From assembly GCA_003104975.1 (NCBI GenBank), contig PQAM01000019.1:1-32000 (forward strand): a stretch of DNA of 32,000 bases, written 5' to 3'. This document shows, one piece after another, positions 23,201-31,943 of this stretch. Under the pieces are notes generated by a model. That model saw only the letters and a program-made list of their open reading frames with translations. It was not told where the DNA came from and ran no database searches. Each line of letters begins with the position of its first letter. The first letter of the stretch is position 1. Source of the DNA: Candidatus Methylomirabilota bacterium. GTDB taxonomy: Bacteria; Methylomirabilota; Methylomirabilia; Methylomirabilales; Methylomirabilaceae. The position numbers and the translations under genes were made by a program.

Positions 23201-24187
23201 TCAATCGACATCCATGGGCTTTTTCCCAACCAATTTCAAAAACTCGCCGGAATCGAGCGGACGCTCTCGAGGCGTAAAATAATTTTTTGGGAACCAGATC
23301 AATTTGAGCGCTACGCTCTTGAGTCCGCCATCGACGCGAATGCTGGAGACAGTCAATGCAAGACGGTTACCATCCGGAAAGAGGGTATTATCCGTCAGCG
23401 GAAAATCAAATCGGCCGAGGGTAAATGCGGCATTGGAGTTGACCAATCCCGACTTGGTACCGACCGTCAGCAATTGGACCCTGAACTTCTGATTCGCCCA
23501 GTCGGCATCGTCGACCACAATCGTCATCTTCTGGGCGCCGTCCGGTGATCTCAGATCCTCGATCGGCTCCTTTAATGTTCCGACCACCTGGAACGGGCGC
23601 TGCTCGTTGGCCGCGAGCGACGCATAGATCGTCTGCTGACTCAGGGAGAGTGGCGGCTCTGTAATGGTTAACATGTCGATCCTGGCCCCCTCTCCGTTTG
23701 AGCTCTCGCTGCCTGTCTCCTTTTTCAGCGCGGCTGTTTGACGATCAATGATTCGATCGGCCACGGATCGCAACGCGGTGCGCGCGTCGTGGTTCCCATC
23801 TTTGGCCAGTCGCCTGTCGATACGTTCGAACAATGGTTTCAGTTCAAAGTGTTCGTGAAAATTGAGAGCCAGAAGCTCCACCAACAGTTGTTCCCGGTCG
23901 GCGGACAGCCGTTCGCCGCTCTGAGCGCCGATAAACGGGCTGATAAGGCTGTTGAACATCGAGGCCCGCAGCTCACTCTCCGCCTTTTCCCGCTCGCTGA
24001 GCAGCGTGGTGCCGGCAATCTGACGCTGGCTTTGCAGCGTCGTCTGATTCATCTGCTGCTGAAACGAGTTCGCGAGGCGAGCGCCTATCCATGCTGCGAC
24101 GATGACGGCAGCGGGCGTAGCCAGCTTGACGATGATATCGATGACCCGCGGAAAGCGACTGGACCCCTCCTCTTGATCGCGCGACAT
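23201..24187 (-). CDS. hypothetical membrane-anchored protein
   Basis: 328-aa ORF with one N-terminal TM helix (VIDIIVKLATPAAVIVAAWIGARL), then a Q/E-rich helical segment and a beta-rich C-terminal part. I recognise no family. Confidence 0.6.
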   Translation of the reverse strand: MSRDQEEGSSRFPRVIDIIVKLATPAAVIVAAWIGARLANSFQQQMNQTTLQSQRQIAGTTLLSEREKAESELRASMFNSLISPFIGAQSGERLSADREQLLVELLALNFHEHFELKPLFERIDRRLAKDGNHDARTALRSVADRIIDRQTAALKKETGSESSNGEGARIDMLTITEPPLSLSQQTIYASLAANEQRPFQVVGTLKEPIEDLRSPDGAQKMTIVVDDADWANQKFRVQLLTVGTKSGLVNSNAAFTLGRFDFPLTDNTLFPDGNRLALTVSSIRVDGGLKSVALKLIWFPKNYFTPRERPLDSGEFLKLVGKKPMDVD

Positions 24188-24203
24188 GACCTCCCCTCAG
24201 CAT

Positions 24204-24533
24204 TTACTTCAACTGGATATCCTGCCTGATAGGTTCCGGATGACTCTGGATCATGACGCTTCTGCCGTCGGTGAATTCCACCGTGTAGACACCCGGGGGT
24301 AGGAACAGGCTGTACCCCTTTGATCCATCCGTCTTGACGGCATCCTTGACCACTTTGCCTGAGGCGTCTTTTACGCGAAACGTATCCCCGGGCTTGAACC
24401 TTCCCTTTGCATCATTGACGCGTCCTGATACCAAGCCGGCATCGGCAGATACGGAGAGCGAGAGCGACAACGCAGTTGCAAGGCAGACGATGCCGCTGCC
24501 TGTCCGCCGCACAATCCGTTCAGACTTGACCAT
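24204..24533 (-). CDS. small secreted protein with carboxypeptidase-regulatory-like (Ig-like beta-sandwich) domain
   Basis: AGGAGG 7 nt upstream of ATG 24533. Signal peptide ...SLSVSADA. GLVSGRVNDAKGRFKPGDTFRV...TDGSKGYSLFLPPGVYTVEF is typical of CarboxypepD_reg-like domains. Confidence 0.6.
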   Translation of the reverse strand: MVKSERIVRRTGSGIVCLATALSLSLSVSADAGLVSGRVNDAKGRFKPGDTFRVKDASGKVVKDAVKTDGSKGYSLFLPPGVYTVEFTDGRSVMIQSHPEPIRQDIQLK

Positions 24534-24586
24534 GTCGGACCTCCTGAGAGCCTTGTGCATTAAATTGTGTTATCGCGACTCGACGG

Positions 24587-25318
24587 TCAAGAAAATTCCG
24601 ATGCTGAAACGAGGGATTCCGGGTTGCCGAGTTGCTCGTACTGTCGCATCAGGAGTTTCATATCCTCCCAGACCGTCTTCTTTTCGTGCGGGTTACGCAG
24701 CAAATAGGCGGGATGGAAGGTGGGCAGGATCGGGATCCCGTGATAGTCGTGAAACCGTCCGCGCAACTTCGAAATTGGCTCTTTAGTTCGTAAGAGGGTC
24801 TGGGCCGCGAACGTACCGAGCGCGCAGATCAGTTTCGGCCTGATGGCGTGAAGTTGCGCGATCAGGAAGGGTTCGCATGCCGCGATCTCATCAGGCTCAG
24901 GGTTGCGATTGCCGGGGGGTCGACACTTGATGATGTTGCAGATATAGACCTGCTCACGGGTCAGCTTCATGGCCTCGATGATCCGGGTCAGCAACTGGCC
25001 GGCTCTTCCGACAAACGGCTCAGCCTGTTCGTCCTCGTCTGCGCCGGGCGCCTCTCCGACGAAGACAAGCCATGCCCGCGGGTTGCCGACCCCGAATACG
25101 ATCGTCTTCCGACCTGTGTGCAGCTTGCACCGCGCACACTCTCCCAGCGTCTCCCGCACCTGGGTGAGGGATGCCGTGGGAGGCGGTGCTATCCGCTCTG
25201 GCCATGCAACGTGAAGGCGTTCTATGCCCAAGAGCTTCTGCCGGCGCAGGTGGACACGAGCCTGTCCGATCAACTCGCGAAGCTCGTCCATCTCACGACT
25301 TGCCGCCGCTTCGTTCAT
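24587..25318 (-). CDS. udg: uracil-DNA glycosylase, family 4
   Basis: GECARCKL Cys motif and [26 protein letters not shown] (the GEAPG ... F-x-G-x-AG signature of family 4 UDGs). Confidence 0.85.
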   Translation of the reverse strand: MNEAAASREMDELRELIGQARVHLRRQKLLGIERLHVAWPERIAPPPTASLTQVRETLGECARCKLHTGRKTIVFGVGNPRAWLVFVGEAPGADEDEQAEPFVGRAGQLLTRIIEAMKLTREQVYICNIIKCRPPGNRNPEPDEIAACEPFLIAQLHAIRPKLICALGTFAAQTLLRTKEPISKLRGRFHDYHGIPILPTFHPAYLLRNPHEKKTVWEDMKLLMRQYEQLGNPESLVSASEFS

Positions 25319-26552
25319 CTCCGCCGTACCCTCCGCCCTCCACCCTCCGCCCGATACCCTGACTTGTTCGCAAGTCTACCACGCGATCGAGGATTCGTCG
25401 CGCCACCTCGCGTTTGGACATCAGCGGCAACGCCTCGACGCCGCCTGCCGCATCGAGGAGGACGACCTGATTGGTCTCACTGCCGAAACCGGCGCCCTCC
25501 CGGCTGACATCATTCGCTACGATCAGATCAAGATGTTTGGTCGTTAGCTTGTGGCGTGCTTTCGGTACGAGGTCTTCCGTCTCCGCAGCAAAGCCGACGA
25601 TGATCCGTCCGCCCTTCTGCGCGCCGATCTCCTGCAGGATATCCGGATTCGGCGTAAGGTCCAGCATCAGGGGCGCATCCTGTTTCGTAATTTTCGATGC
25701 GGCTGGGCGGGCCGGCCGATAGTCGCTGACCGCAGCCGCCTTGATGACGACCGTCGCTTCCGGCAGTCGGTCCAGCACCGCCGCGCGCATCTGCAGGGCG
25801 GTTTCAACCACAACGTACTCTACGCCAAAAGGGGGCGTCAATGTAGACGGACCGCTGACCAGGATGGTTCGGGCGCCCCGCAAGATCGCCTCTTCGGCCA
25901 GGGCGTATCCCATCTTGCCGGAAGATCGGGTGCTCAGATAGCGAACCGGATCGAGCGGTTCGCGCGTCGGGCCGGCGGTGATCAGTACCACCTCACCGCT
26001 GAGGTCGTGGGACGGGCAGAGCGTCTCAGTGACCACCCGTATGATCTCGACGGGATCGGCCAGGCGACCGGGACCCCACACCCCCGAGGCCAACTCCCCC
26101 GTTGCAGGCCCGACGGTCCGGACCCCCCAGCTTGTGAGCCGCGCCAGGTTATCCTGGACGGCGGGGTGACGATACATCTCGGCGTCCATTGCCGGTGCGA
26201 GGATGACCGGTTTGGTACAGGCCAGGAAGAGGGTACTCAACAGATCGTCGGCGAGCCCCTGGGCACACTTGGCGATGGTGCCGGCTGTTGCCGGGGCGAT
26301 CAGGAGCAGGTCGGCCTCCCGAGCCGCAGTCAGATGCGGCATCTGGGCCTCCCAGGCTGCCTGGTCGGTCAGGACCGCCTGTCGGGAGAGTGTGGCGAAC
26401 GTCAGGGGCGCGACAAATCGCTGCGCCGATTCGGTCATGACGACACGAACGGAGGCCCCAGCCTTCGTGAGCTCTCGCACCAGCTCGACGGCCTTATAGG
26501 CGGCGATGCTCCCTGTGACGCCCAGCAGAATCTTTTTTCCTTGCAGTGTCAT
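25293..26552 (-). CDS. coaBC: bifunctional phosphopantothenoylcysteine decarboxylase / phosphopantothenate-cysteine ligase
   Basis: N-terminal flavoprotein motif KKILLGVTGSIAAYKAVELVREL. ~419 aa two-domain Dfp architecture. 26-nt overlap with udg. Confidence 0.9.
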   Translation of the reverse strand: MTLQGKKILLGVTGSIAAYKAVELVRELTKAGASVRVVMTESAQRFVAPLTFATLSRQAVLTDQAAWEAQMPHLTAAREADLLLIAPATAGTIAKCAQGLADDLLSTLFLACTKPVILAPAMDAEMYRHPAVQDNLARLTSWGVRTVGPATGELASGVWGPGRLADPVEIIRVVTETLCPSHDLSGEVVLITAGPTREPLDPVRYLSTRSSGKMGYALAEEAILRGARTILVSGPSTLTPPFGVEYVVVETALQMRAAVLDRLPEATVVIKAAAVSDYRPARPAASKITKQDAPLMLDLTPNPDILQEIGAQKGGRIIVGFAAETEDLVPKARHKLTTKHLDLIVANDVSREGAGFGSETNQVVLLDAAGGVEALPLMSKREVARRILDRVVDLRTSQGIGRRVEGGGYGGDERSGGKS

Positions 26553-26571
26553 CTGTCCACCACTAAGAACT

Positions 26572-26649
26572 GGGGTCTAGGGTTTAGGGTCTGGGGTCTA
26601 GTCAAACGGACCCTGTTTTTCTACACCCTACACCCCATACCCTACCCCC
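26572..26649. repeat. paired G-quadruplex-prone repeats between slt and coaBC
   Basis: Plus strand GGGGtctaGGGtttaGGGtctGGGG (26572-26596). Minus strand G-tracts from CCCtacaCCCCataCCCtaCCCCC (26626-26649). The core ACACCCCATACCCTACCCCCT recurs at 28886-28906. Confidence 0.5.
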
Positions 26650-28894
26650 TGTCTTTCTCTGTGCTGTACTGCGCGCGATAGCGGTAATAGCTTCCGAGAA
26701 CCCGCTTCACATAGGCCCGCGTCTCCGTAAAAGGAATCTCTTCGACAAACTCATCATCGGTTCGACTACTTGACCGCGCCAGCCAGCGGCGGACCTGATT
26801 TGGCCCGGCATTGTATGCGGCCAATGCCCTGGCCCAATTACCCTTGAATTCGTCGATCATCATCGCCAGGTATCGAGTACCGAGTGTAATATTGTCGGAC
26901 GGCATGTCAAGCTTCACCGGGTCCCCTGCGCTCCCGGCCGTACGGACCAGGTAATCTGCCGTCGCAGGAAGCAATTGCATCAACCCGACAGCCCCTGAAG
27001 ACGACACCACCCGTTCGCCGAACGCGCTTTCTTCTCGAACCAGCGCGATCACCAGGAACGGATCAAGGGCATGACGCGCGCTCTGCCCCTGTATCAGTTC
27101 CCAATAGCCGAGCGGATAGAGAAACTCCCAATACCTCGGCATGGGCTCCATGGGTCGACTGCGTACGTATAGTGGGCGAAGGAACCGTTTGGCGATCCAG
27201 ACGCTTTTATCGAACTGCCCCAGGTCGAGGAGCGCGCTGCAGGCCTCATAGAGGACGCCGCGGTCGTCCGTATACCGCGCAGCGAGGGCCCGAAACTCGT
27301 CCGAGGCCTCTGCCCGTAACTTCAGCTCCTTGAGCAGTCTGGCCTTCGCCGTCTCAGAAGAGCAGGGTTGCGGAGATAGGGTACAAGGTACAGGCATTTC
27401 AGTCCCCCGCCTCCCGCCTCCCGCCTCCCGCGTATTCACGGCGGGCAGCACAACCTTTGCGCCCAGCGCCTTGAGGCGAAGGCGCGTCTGTTCGGCGTAA
27501 TAGTCGTCGTCGACGTGAGCGCGGAGCAGCCGGCGGTAGGTCTCTACCGCCTTTCCCCTCCTCTTCAGTCCTTCAAGGGCCCGTCCCTGCCAATAGAGGG
27601 CCTGAACCTGGAATCGCGGGTCGGCGGTACCCCGAGCGTGCAATTGTCGCAGATCGGCCAGCGCCTTCGTGAACGCCGACCGCCGGTATTGGATCCAGGC
27701 TCGGGTCCAGAGGGCGGCATCGACGAACCGACTCGATGGGTGGTCTCTGAGCAGCCGATTGAGCGCTCGAATTGCCGGCTTCGGTTGACCGTTATCGCTA
27801 TGCTCCAGCGCCATCAGATAGAGCGACTCTGCAGCGAAGGGACTGTGTGGATAGGCGTCAACCAGACGGGCCCACGTGGCGGCGGCCTTTTCGCGATCGT
27901 CGACCTTCGCATAGCTTCGCCCGATCCAGTACAACGCCTCCGCCGAGTGAAGCGAGCGATCCTGACTCAACGGCGACAGGAGACCGACGGCCCGGCTGTA
28001 ATCCCGACGGTGGAAATAGCCGATACCGCTCCACAGCCGTGCGCGGGAGGCGAAGCCGGAGCCGTCGGTCAGGAAGGGCGCAAACGCGGTAATGGCCTGG
28101 GCGTACTGCCCGCTGCGATGGAGGTTGAGCGCCCGCTCGAACTGCTCGTCGGCGGTGAAGGGCGGAACCTCCGCCATCGAGGTGAGCAGTTCATCGGCTC
28201 GCGCGGCCTCCCGGGTTCCAGGCCACTTCAGCCACAGCTCGCGCAGGAACGCCTCGGCCTGCCGCGGGCGATCCGTCTTGACGGCAATTTCGGCCAGCGC
28301 AAGCTGTGCCTCTCGCCGCCGTATCTCACCGGAGGTGTGAGCCAGGTAATCCCGATGCGCCTCCTCGGCCTCCGCGAGCTGACCGGCGTCAAGATAGAGC
28401 GCAGCGCGCTCTTGACGGGCTCGTTCGGCGAGGAGGCTTTCCGGGTAGTCACGAAGGAGACGCGACAACGACGCCGCGGCCTGCGCGGTCAGGCGAAGGG
28501 TCCGATAGGCGGACGCGCCGTAGTGCAGGGCGTAATCGCCCAGCAACGGAAGCCGTGTCGCGGCCGTCTCCAGTGCGTCGGCCGCCTCCTGCCACCGTTT
28601 CTGCCTGTACAGCGCCATCCCCAGGAGAAAATGGGCCTCAGGCGCCCTGGAAAACCCCTCTCGATGGCGCAGATCGTCCAGGAGGGGTATGGCGCTCTGG
28701 TCATTATTGGTCTCGATAAGGTCGAGCGCCTCCCGCCATAACGGTGCGGCCGTTGCCTCCGGTGAGGCGGCGGCCTGCAGCGGTGCAAGCAGCAGTAGCA
28801 CCGGTAGAAAGGTAAGGAGCATGATAGTCAGGCAGAGCGAAGAGCATACCGCGTAAAATCTAGGGCGCCGACCGTCCCACACCCCACACCCCAT
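26642..28894 (-). CDS. slt: soluble lytic murein transglycosylase (Slt70-like)
   Basis: C-terminal SLT domain ALVREESAFGERVVSSSGAVGLMQLLPATA. Long TPR/superhelical N-terminal region. Alternative start at ATG 28822 (MLLTFLPVLLLLAPLQAAA signal peptide); codons upstream of it are encoded by the G-rich repeat. Confidence 0.85.
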   Translation of the reverse strand: MGCGVWDGRRPRFYAVCSSLCLTIMLLTFLPVLLLLAPLQAAASPEATAAPLWREALDLIETNNDQSAIPLLDDLRHREGFSRAPEAHFLLGMALYRQKRWQEAADALETAATRLPLLGDYALHYGASAYRTLRLTAQAAASLSRLLRDYPESLLAERARQERAALYLDAGQLAEAEEAHRDYLAHTSGEIRRREAQLALAEIAVKTDRPRQAEAFLRELWLKWPGTREAARADELLTSMAEVPPFTADEQFERALNLHRSGQYAQAITAFAPFLTDGSGFASRARLWSGIGYFHRRDYSRAVGLLSPLSQDRSLHSAEALYWIGRSYAKVDDREKAAATWARLVDAYPHSPFAAESLYLMALEHSDNGQPKPAIRALNRLLRDHPSSRFVDAALWTRAWIQYRRSAFTKALADLRQLHARGTADPRFQVQALYWQGRALEGLKRRGKAVETYRRLLRAHVDDDYYAEQTRLRLKALGAKVVLPAVNTREAGGGRRGTEMPVPCTLSPQPCSSETAKARLLKELKLRAEASDEFRALAARYTDDRGVLYEACSALLDLGQFDKSVWIAKRFLRPLYVRSRPMEPMPRYWEFLYPLGYWELIQGQSARHALDPFLVIALVREESAFGERVVSSSGAVGLMQLLPATADYLVRTAGSAGDPVKLDMPSDNITLGTRYLAMMIDEFKGNWARALAAYNAGPNQVRRWLARSSSRTDDEFVEEIPFTETRAYVKRVLGSYYRYRAQYSTEKDRG

Positions 28895-28910
28895 ACCCTA
28901 TCCCCTACCC
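28876..28910 (-). repeat. G-quadruplex-prone repeat at the mtnA stop / slt 5' end
   Basis: Six C-tracts on the plus strand (CCC 28876-78, CCCC 28882-85, CCCC 28889-92, CCC 28896-98, CCCC 28902-05, CCC 28908-10) with 2-3-nt loops, giving G-tracts on the transcribed minus strand. Confidence 0.5.
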
Positions 28911-29956
28911 GACTGGTTGGCCTCGGCCAGGGCGGCCAGACCCGAGTCGTAGGGGGGCCGAACGACCCCACGATTGGTAATCAGGGCGGTAATGTAGCGA
29001 TGCGGCGTCATATCAAAGACGGGATTCCTCGCCATGACGCCTACCGGCGCCGTCCGAATACCTGCCCACCTGGTCACCTCTTCGGGATTGCGCTCCTCAA
29101 TCGGGATCGCCTCGCCGCTGCGCAGCGCCAGATCCATAGTCGACAGGGGGGCCGCGACATAGAACGGGAGATTGTGCGCCTGGGCCAGGACGGCCAGGGC
29201 GTAGGTCCCGATCTTATTGGCGACGTCGCCGTTGCGGGCGATCCGGTCGGCCCCGACGATGACGAGATCGATCTCGCCCCGCTGCATCAAGTGCCCGGCC
29301 ATATTATCGGTAATCAGCGTAACGGGGATGCCGTCCTGTTGCAACTCCCAGGCGGTCAGCCTGGCGCCCTGTAGAAACGGCCGTGTCTCACCGGCCCACA
29401 CCGACAGTTTGGTTCCGGCTGCGTGCGCCGCGCGAATCACGCCCAGGGCGGTTCCATAGCCGGCGGTGGCCAGCGCCCCGGCGTTACAGTGGGTGAGGAC
29501 CGCGGCCCCATCCGGGATCAGCCCCCGGCCGTACTCGCCGATCGCCCGATTGTCTTGGATGTCCTCCTCCAGGATCTGCTGGGCCTCCCGGATGAGCGTC
29601 CGGACGAGTTCGCCGATCGCAAGGTGTTTATGCCGTTCGGCGCTGTGCAGCATCCGCCCGATGCCCCACGCCAGATTGACGGCCGTCGGACGGGTTGCGT
29701 GCAGCATCTCACCACAGCGCGATAACTCTTTATGGAATTCGTCAAAGGTGCGCGCCTGAATCGACTGTGCCGCCAACGCCAGACCCATTGCGCCCGCTAC
29801 CCCAATCGCCGGGGCCCCTCGGATCTGCATCGACCGGATCGCGTGCGCGACGGCTGCCGCATCGCGACACTCGACATATACCTCTTCGGTCGGTAAGCGG
29901 GTTTGATCGAGCAACCGGACCGTGCCTGCTGCCGTCCATTCAATGGTCTCAAACAT
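28898..29956 (-). CDS. mtnA: S-methyl-5-thioribose-1-phosphate isomerase (eIF-2B alpha/beta/delta-like family)
   Basis: Family-typical [18 protein letters not shown] and [21 protein letters not shown], at ~352 aa. Confidence 0.85.
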   Translation of the reverse strand: MFETIEWTAAGTVRLLDQTRLPTEEVYVECRDAAAVAHAIRSMQIRGAPAIGVAGAMGLALAAQSIQARTFDEFHKELSRCGEMLHATRPTAVNLAWGIGRMLHSAERHKHLAIGELVRTLIREAQQILEEDIQDNRAIGEYGRGLIPDGAAVLTHCNAGALATAGYGTALGVIRAAHAAGTKLSVWAGETRPFLQGARLTAWELQQDGIPVTLITDNMAGHLMQRGEIDLVIVGADRIARNGDVANKIGTYALAVLAQAHNLPFYVAAPLSTMDLALRSGEAIPIEERNPEEVTRWAGIRTAPVGVMARNPVFDMTPHRYITALITNRGVVRPPYDSGLAALAEANQSGRG

Positions 29957-30106
29957 CGTGTCTCTCCATGATCGGTCCGTCCCGGTATCTGCGCTCCTCC
30001 GCTCGTCCCATGCCGAACGGCGGCGTTTTACGCTGCGTCTACCCTACCATTGCTGTCCGGCCGCTTTCAACCGAAATATGCCGCCCGATCCGGTCGAAGA
30101 AAATTC

Positions 30107-30136
30107 TTGACAGGGGGACGCTGACGGTGAGATAGT
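30107..30136 (+). promoter_or_regulatory. candidate sigma-70 promoter for nirS
   Basis: TTGACA (30107-30112), 18 nt, GATAGT (30131-30136). Same CTTGACAGG context as the boxes at 261 and 9470. Confidence 0.35.
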
Positions 30137-30299
30137 GACGCCCAATGCAGCTTACGAGTGTGTCAATTCTCCCCATACGTCACAAAAACATACAGTTGAA
30201 TATAGGAAACGTTGTTTCATTATTGTGAACACGTAGGAATGTCGAGAGAGCGCGCTCACCCTGAACGTCGAGGAACCCTGTTCAACGAAAGGAGAGTAC

Positions 30300-31943
30300 A
30301 TGGCGACAAAGGCAACGTTGGCATTATTGACCCTTGCGCTTGGGATGCTATGGACCGTTCCGGCGCAAGCCCAGCCGGCCAAACCGGCCGAGCTTCCACC
30401 GCCTCCACCGCTGGCGAGTGGTGAGCTAGAGAGCGCCAAGCAGATCTATTTCGACCGGTGCGCCGGCTGTCACGGAGTCCTGAGAAAAGGCGCAACGGGC
30501 CCGCAGCTTCTGCCGGCGAAAACTCGTGCGTTAACCACCCCGGTGCTGAAGGCGTTTATCGTGAACGGGACAGGCGGCGGCATGCCGGACTGGGGCCGGC
30601 AAGGCATTCTTACGGATGCTGAAGCCGATCTGATGGCCCGCTACATCCAGCACGACCCGCCGGTGCCACCCGAGTTGCCCCTGGCGGAGATGAAAAAGAG
30701 TTGGAACCTGATCGTACCGCCGGACAAGCGACCCACAAAGCCCGAACACAACCGCGACTGGCAGGACTTTTTCGCCGTGACCCTGCGTGACGCCGGTCAG
30801 GTAGCCATCATCGACGGCAAGACCAAGGAGATCGTCAACACCGTCAAGACCGGCTTTGCGGTGCATATCTCGCGCAGCTCATTCTCGGGGCGCTATGTCT
30901 ACACCATCGGCCGCGATGGGCGGGCGACCATGATCGACCTGTGGATGAAGGTTCCGGATAAGGTCGCAGAGGTGAAGCCATGCAGCGATGCGCGCTCTAT
31001 TGACACGAGTAAGTATAAAGGAAAGCTCGGCGACTTCACCGACAAGCTGGCGGTCATCGGCTGCTATTGGCCACCGCAGTTCATCGTGTTGGACGGGGGC
31101 ACGCTGGAGCCGATAAAGGTCGTCAGCACCCGGAGCATGACCTACGATACGATGGAGTACCACCAGGAGCCCCGGGTCGCCTCGATCGTGGCCTCGCACT
31201 TCAAGCCTGAGTGGGTCATCAACATCAAGGAGACCGGGCTGATCTGGCTGGTCGATTACTCGGACCTCAAGAACCTGAAGATGACCCAGATCCAGGGCGA
31301 GAAGTTTCTCCACGACGGCGGCTGGGATGCCAGCAAGCGGTATTTCATGGTGGCGGCCAACATGGCGAACAAGGTGGTCGTGATCGACGTCGAGAAAGGC
31401 AAACTGGAGGCGATCTTCGAATCCGGGATCAAACCTCATCCCGGGCGCGGCGCCAACTGGATCGATCCGAAGTACGGTCCGGTGAACGGTACCCCGCATC
31501 TCGGTGAGGGCAAGGTCACTGTTTACGGCACCGATCCGGCCAAGCACAAGGAGTATGCCTGGAAAAAGGTGCGAGAGATCAAGACGCTGGGAGGCGGGGG
31601 CCTGTTTATCAAGACGCACCCGAAGAGCGAGAATGTCTGGGTAGATCACGCCCTGAACGGCGACCCGGCCATTCAAAAGCAGGTCTGCGTCTTCAAGAAG
31701 GCGAATCCGGAGAAAGAGCCGACGTGCTGGAAGGTGTCGGACAAGGGGCGCGCCGTGCACTTCGAGTACAACAAGGCCGGCACCGAGGTGTGGATCAGTG
31801 TGTGGGGGAAGAAAGACGGCAAGAGCGAGGTTGTCGTCTATGACGATAAGACGCTCAAAGAGGTAGCCAGGATCGACGACCCGCGCATTATCACGCCGAC
31901 CGGTAAGTTTAACGTCTACAACACGATGAAGGACATCTATTAA
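30300..31943 (+). CDS. nirS: cytochrome cd1 nitrite reductase (NO-forming)
   Basis: AAGGAG RBS. Sec signal ...VPAQA|QP. Haem c site C54-A-G-C-H58. d1-domain sequence FAVHISRSSFSGRYVYTIGRDGRATMIDLW and following beta-propeller-type repeats. Confidence 0.93.
   Translation: MATKATLALLTLALGMLWTVPAQAQPAKPAELPPPPPLASGELESAKQIYFDRCAGCHGVLRKGATGPQLLPAKTRALTTPVLKAFIVNGTGGGMPDWGRQGILTDAEADLMARYIQHDPPVPPELPLAEMKKSWNLIVPPDKRPTKPEHNRDWQDFFAVTLRDAGQVAIIDGKTKEIVNTVKTGFAVHISRSSFSGRYVYTIGRDGRATMIDLWMKVPDKVAEVKPCSDARSIDTSKYKGKLGDFTDKLAVIGCYWPPQFIVLDGGTLEPIKVVSTRSMTYDTMEYHQEPRVASIVASHFKPEWVINIKETGLIWLVDYSDLKNLKMTQIQGEKFLHDGGWDASKRYFMVAANMANKVVVIDVEKGKLEAIFESGIKPHPGRGANWIDPKYGPVNGTPHLGEGKVTVYGTDPAKHKEYAWKKVREIKTLGGGGLFIKTHPKSENVWVDHALNGDPAIQKQVCVFKKANPEKEPTCWKVSDKGRAVHFEYNKAGTEVWISVWGKKDGKSEVVVYDDKTLKEVARIDDPRIITPTGKFNVYNTMKDIY

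Noticed and set aside
25551-28741. Long plus-strand ORFs 25551..26681 (376 aa) and 27515..28741 (408 aa)
   Set aside because: They are antisense shadows of coaBC and slt with Arg/Gly/Pro-rich low-complexity translations. The same reasoning applies to 30879..31955 (antisense to nirS), 7250..7891 and 7913..8602 (antisense to the porin), and 19380..20135 (antisense to priA).
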